Source: Peribolospora baueri (Eukaryota). From it: a stretch of 64,000 nt of DNA. The translations under genes and the position numbers were made by a program. Of the stretch, positions 63,195-64,000 are shown piece by piece. The stretch is from positions 1 to 64,000 of the forward strand of contig JAMDHS010000077.1 in assembly GCA_029717555.1 (NCBI GenBank). Reading direction: 5' to 3'. Positions within the stretch are counted from its first letter, which is position 1. Each line of letters opens with the position of its first letter. The notes below the pieces were generated by a model, which worked only from the letters and a program-made list of their open reading frames with translations, was not told the origin of the DNA and did no database searches.

Positions 63195-64000
63195 TCAGTT
63201 GCCGGACTTGCCGATGCGCTGGATTTCGGTGAGGAGCATCATTTCCGCCGCTGTGAGCTGCATCCGCGCCTCCTCGTAACGCGCGAGGACGTCCAGAAAT
63301 GATGAGGAGAGTTCGTCTTTGTCTTTCGGTGCTGGTGACGAGCCTTTGCAGAAGGAAGGAGATGGTTGGATTGCTGCGTCGCGAAGAGTTGGCGTGTTGC
63401 CTGTGCTCTCGACAGAGTTCCCGTCCATTGCACTAGCAACGGCCGTGAAGATGACCGTCGGCAGCGAGGAAGGAGCGGAGGAAAAGGCGGAAGGGCGTAA
63501 ACGCTTCGACGCCGGAGTACTGTCCTTAGAACCTCCGTACAAGTCCAGAACTCCCAGGTCGTCGAGGGGAGAAGGATGAGGTGAATTGTTGGAGAAATAT
63601 CCCGAAGGCTGACAGTAGGCAATAGGCTCGGGGCTCTCGACGGAGCTAAACAGATGTGACGTGTCGGGCGGCGTTACGGGGCCGTTTAATTCTTCGCCAG
63701 AGCTGGGGAGAGATTCGAAACTGGGTGCGCGAGAATTCGCCGGGGAGGAAGTCAAAGAGGGGAAATTGGCAAAAGAGCGCGCAGACAATGACGCATAGGC
63801 AGATGTATCCAATTCGTTAGACCACGTTGACGGGGATGATAGCCGAGGTCGACCATCTAGTGGCCAGCGCGGTTGGTGCTGGAAGCCTAGCATTGCGTCT
63901 CTTCGAGCCTTTTTCTCCACCGGATTCGTCCAGGTTCTACTTGAGCTGTCCATTTCCCTTCCTCTCTTCCGACTGCGCATCGTAAAGCCCTGGGACAATC
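63195..64000 (-). CDS. 3' part of a Ser/Pro-rich protein cut by the window edge
   Basis: Open frame of more than 267 codons with basic clusters (RSRKRGR, KKARR, SKRLR) and a C-terminal helical segment. Confidence 0.55.
   Translation of the reverse strand, partial: LSQGFTMRSRKRGREMDSSSRTWTNPVEKKARRDAMLGFQHQPRWPLDGRPRLSSPSTWSNELDTSAYASLSARSFANFPSLTSSPANSRAPSFESLPSSGEELNGPVTPPDTSHLFSSVESPEPIAYCQPSGYFSNNSPHPSPLDDLGVLDLYGGSKDSTPASKRLRPSAFSSAPSSLPTVIFTAVASAMDGNSVESTGNTPTLRDAAIQPSPSFCKGSSPAPKDKDELSSSFLDVLARYEEARMQLTAAEMMLLTEIQRIGKSGN

Overview
Intron-rich, GC-rich fungal (basidiomycete) genomic DNA. The first ~52 kb holds mostly housekeeping genes: a USP-domain gene, RPL20, an RBM26/27-like gene, LHS1, a Munc13/C2 gene, a UPF0643-like gene, an HRP1-like gene, COG7, CDC24, PDI1, LPD1, an MFS permease, a methyltransferase, RPN10 and CAF1/POP2. 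The last ~12 kb is a compact mating-type (MAT) locus in which pheromone/receptor (P/R) and homeodomain (HD) genes are fused. It contains a 36-aa CAAX lipopeptide pheromone precursor (53511-53621), an HD1 homeodomain gene (56698-57774) and an STE3 receptor (58141-59584) within ~6 kb. A frameshifted, homeobox-less ORF remnant sits in the divergent position where HD2 would be expected. The HD/STE3 block is bracketed by a direct duplication of a FAM192A/Fyv6-like gene (one intact copy, one pseudogene). A shared CCATTGT(C/T)C HMG-box-like motif recurs upstream of the pheromone, HD and STE3 genes. Exon boundaries were read by eye and are approximate; all family calls come from motif recognition, not from database searches.
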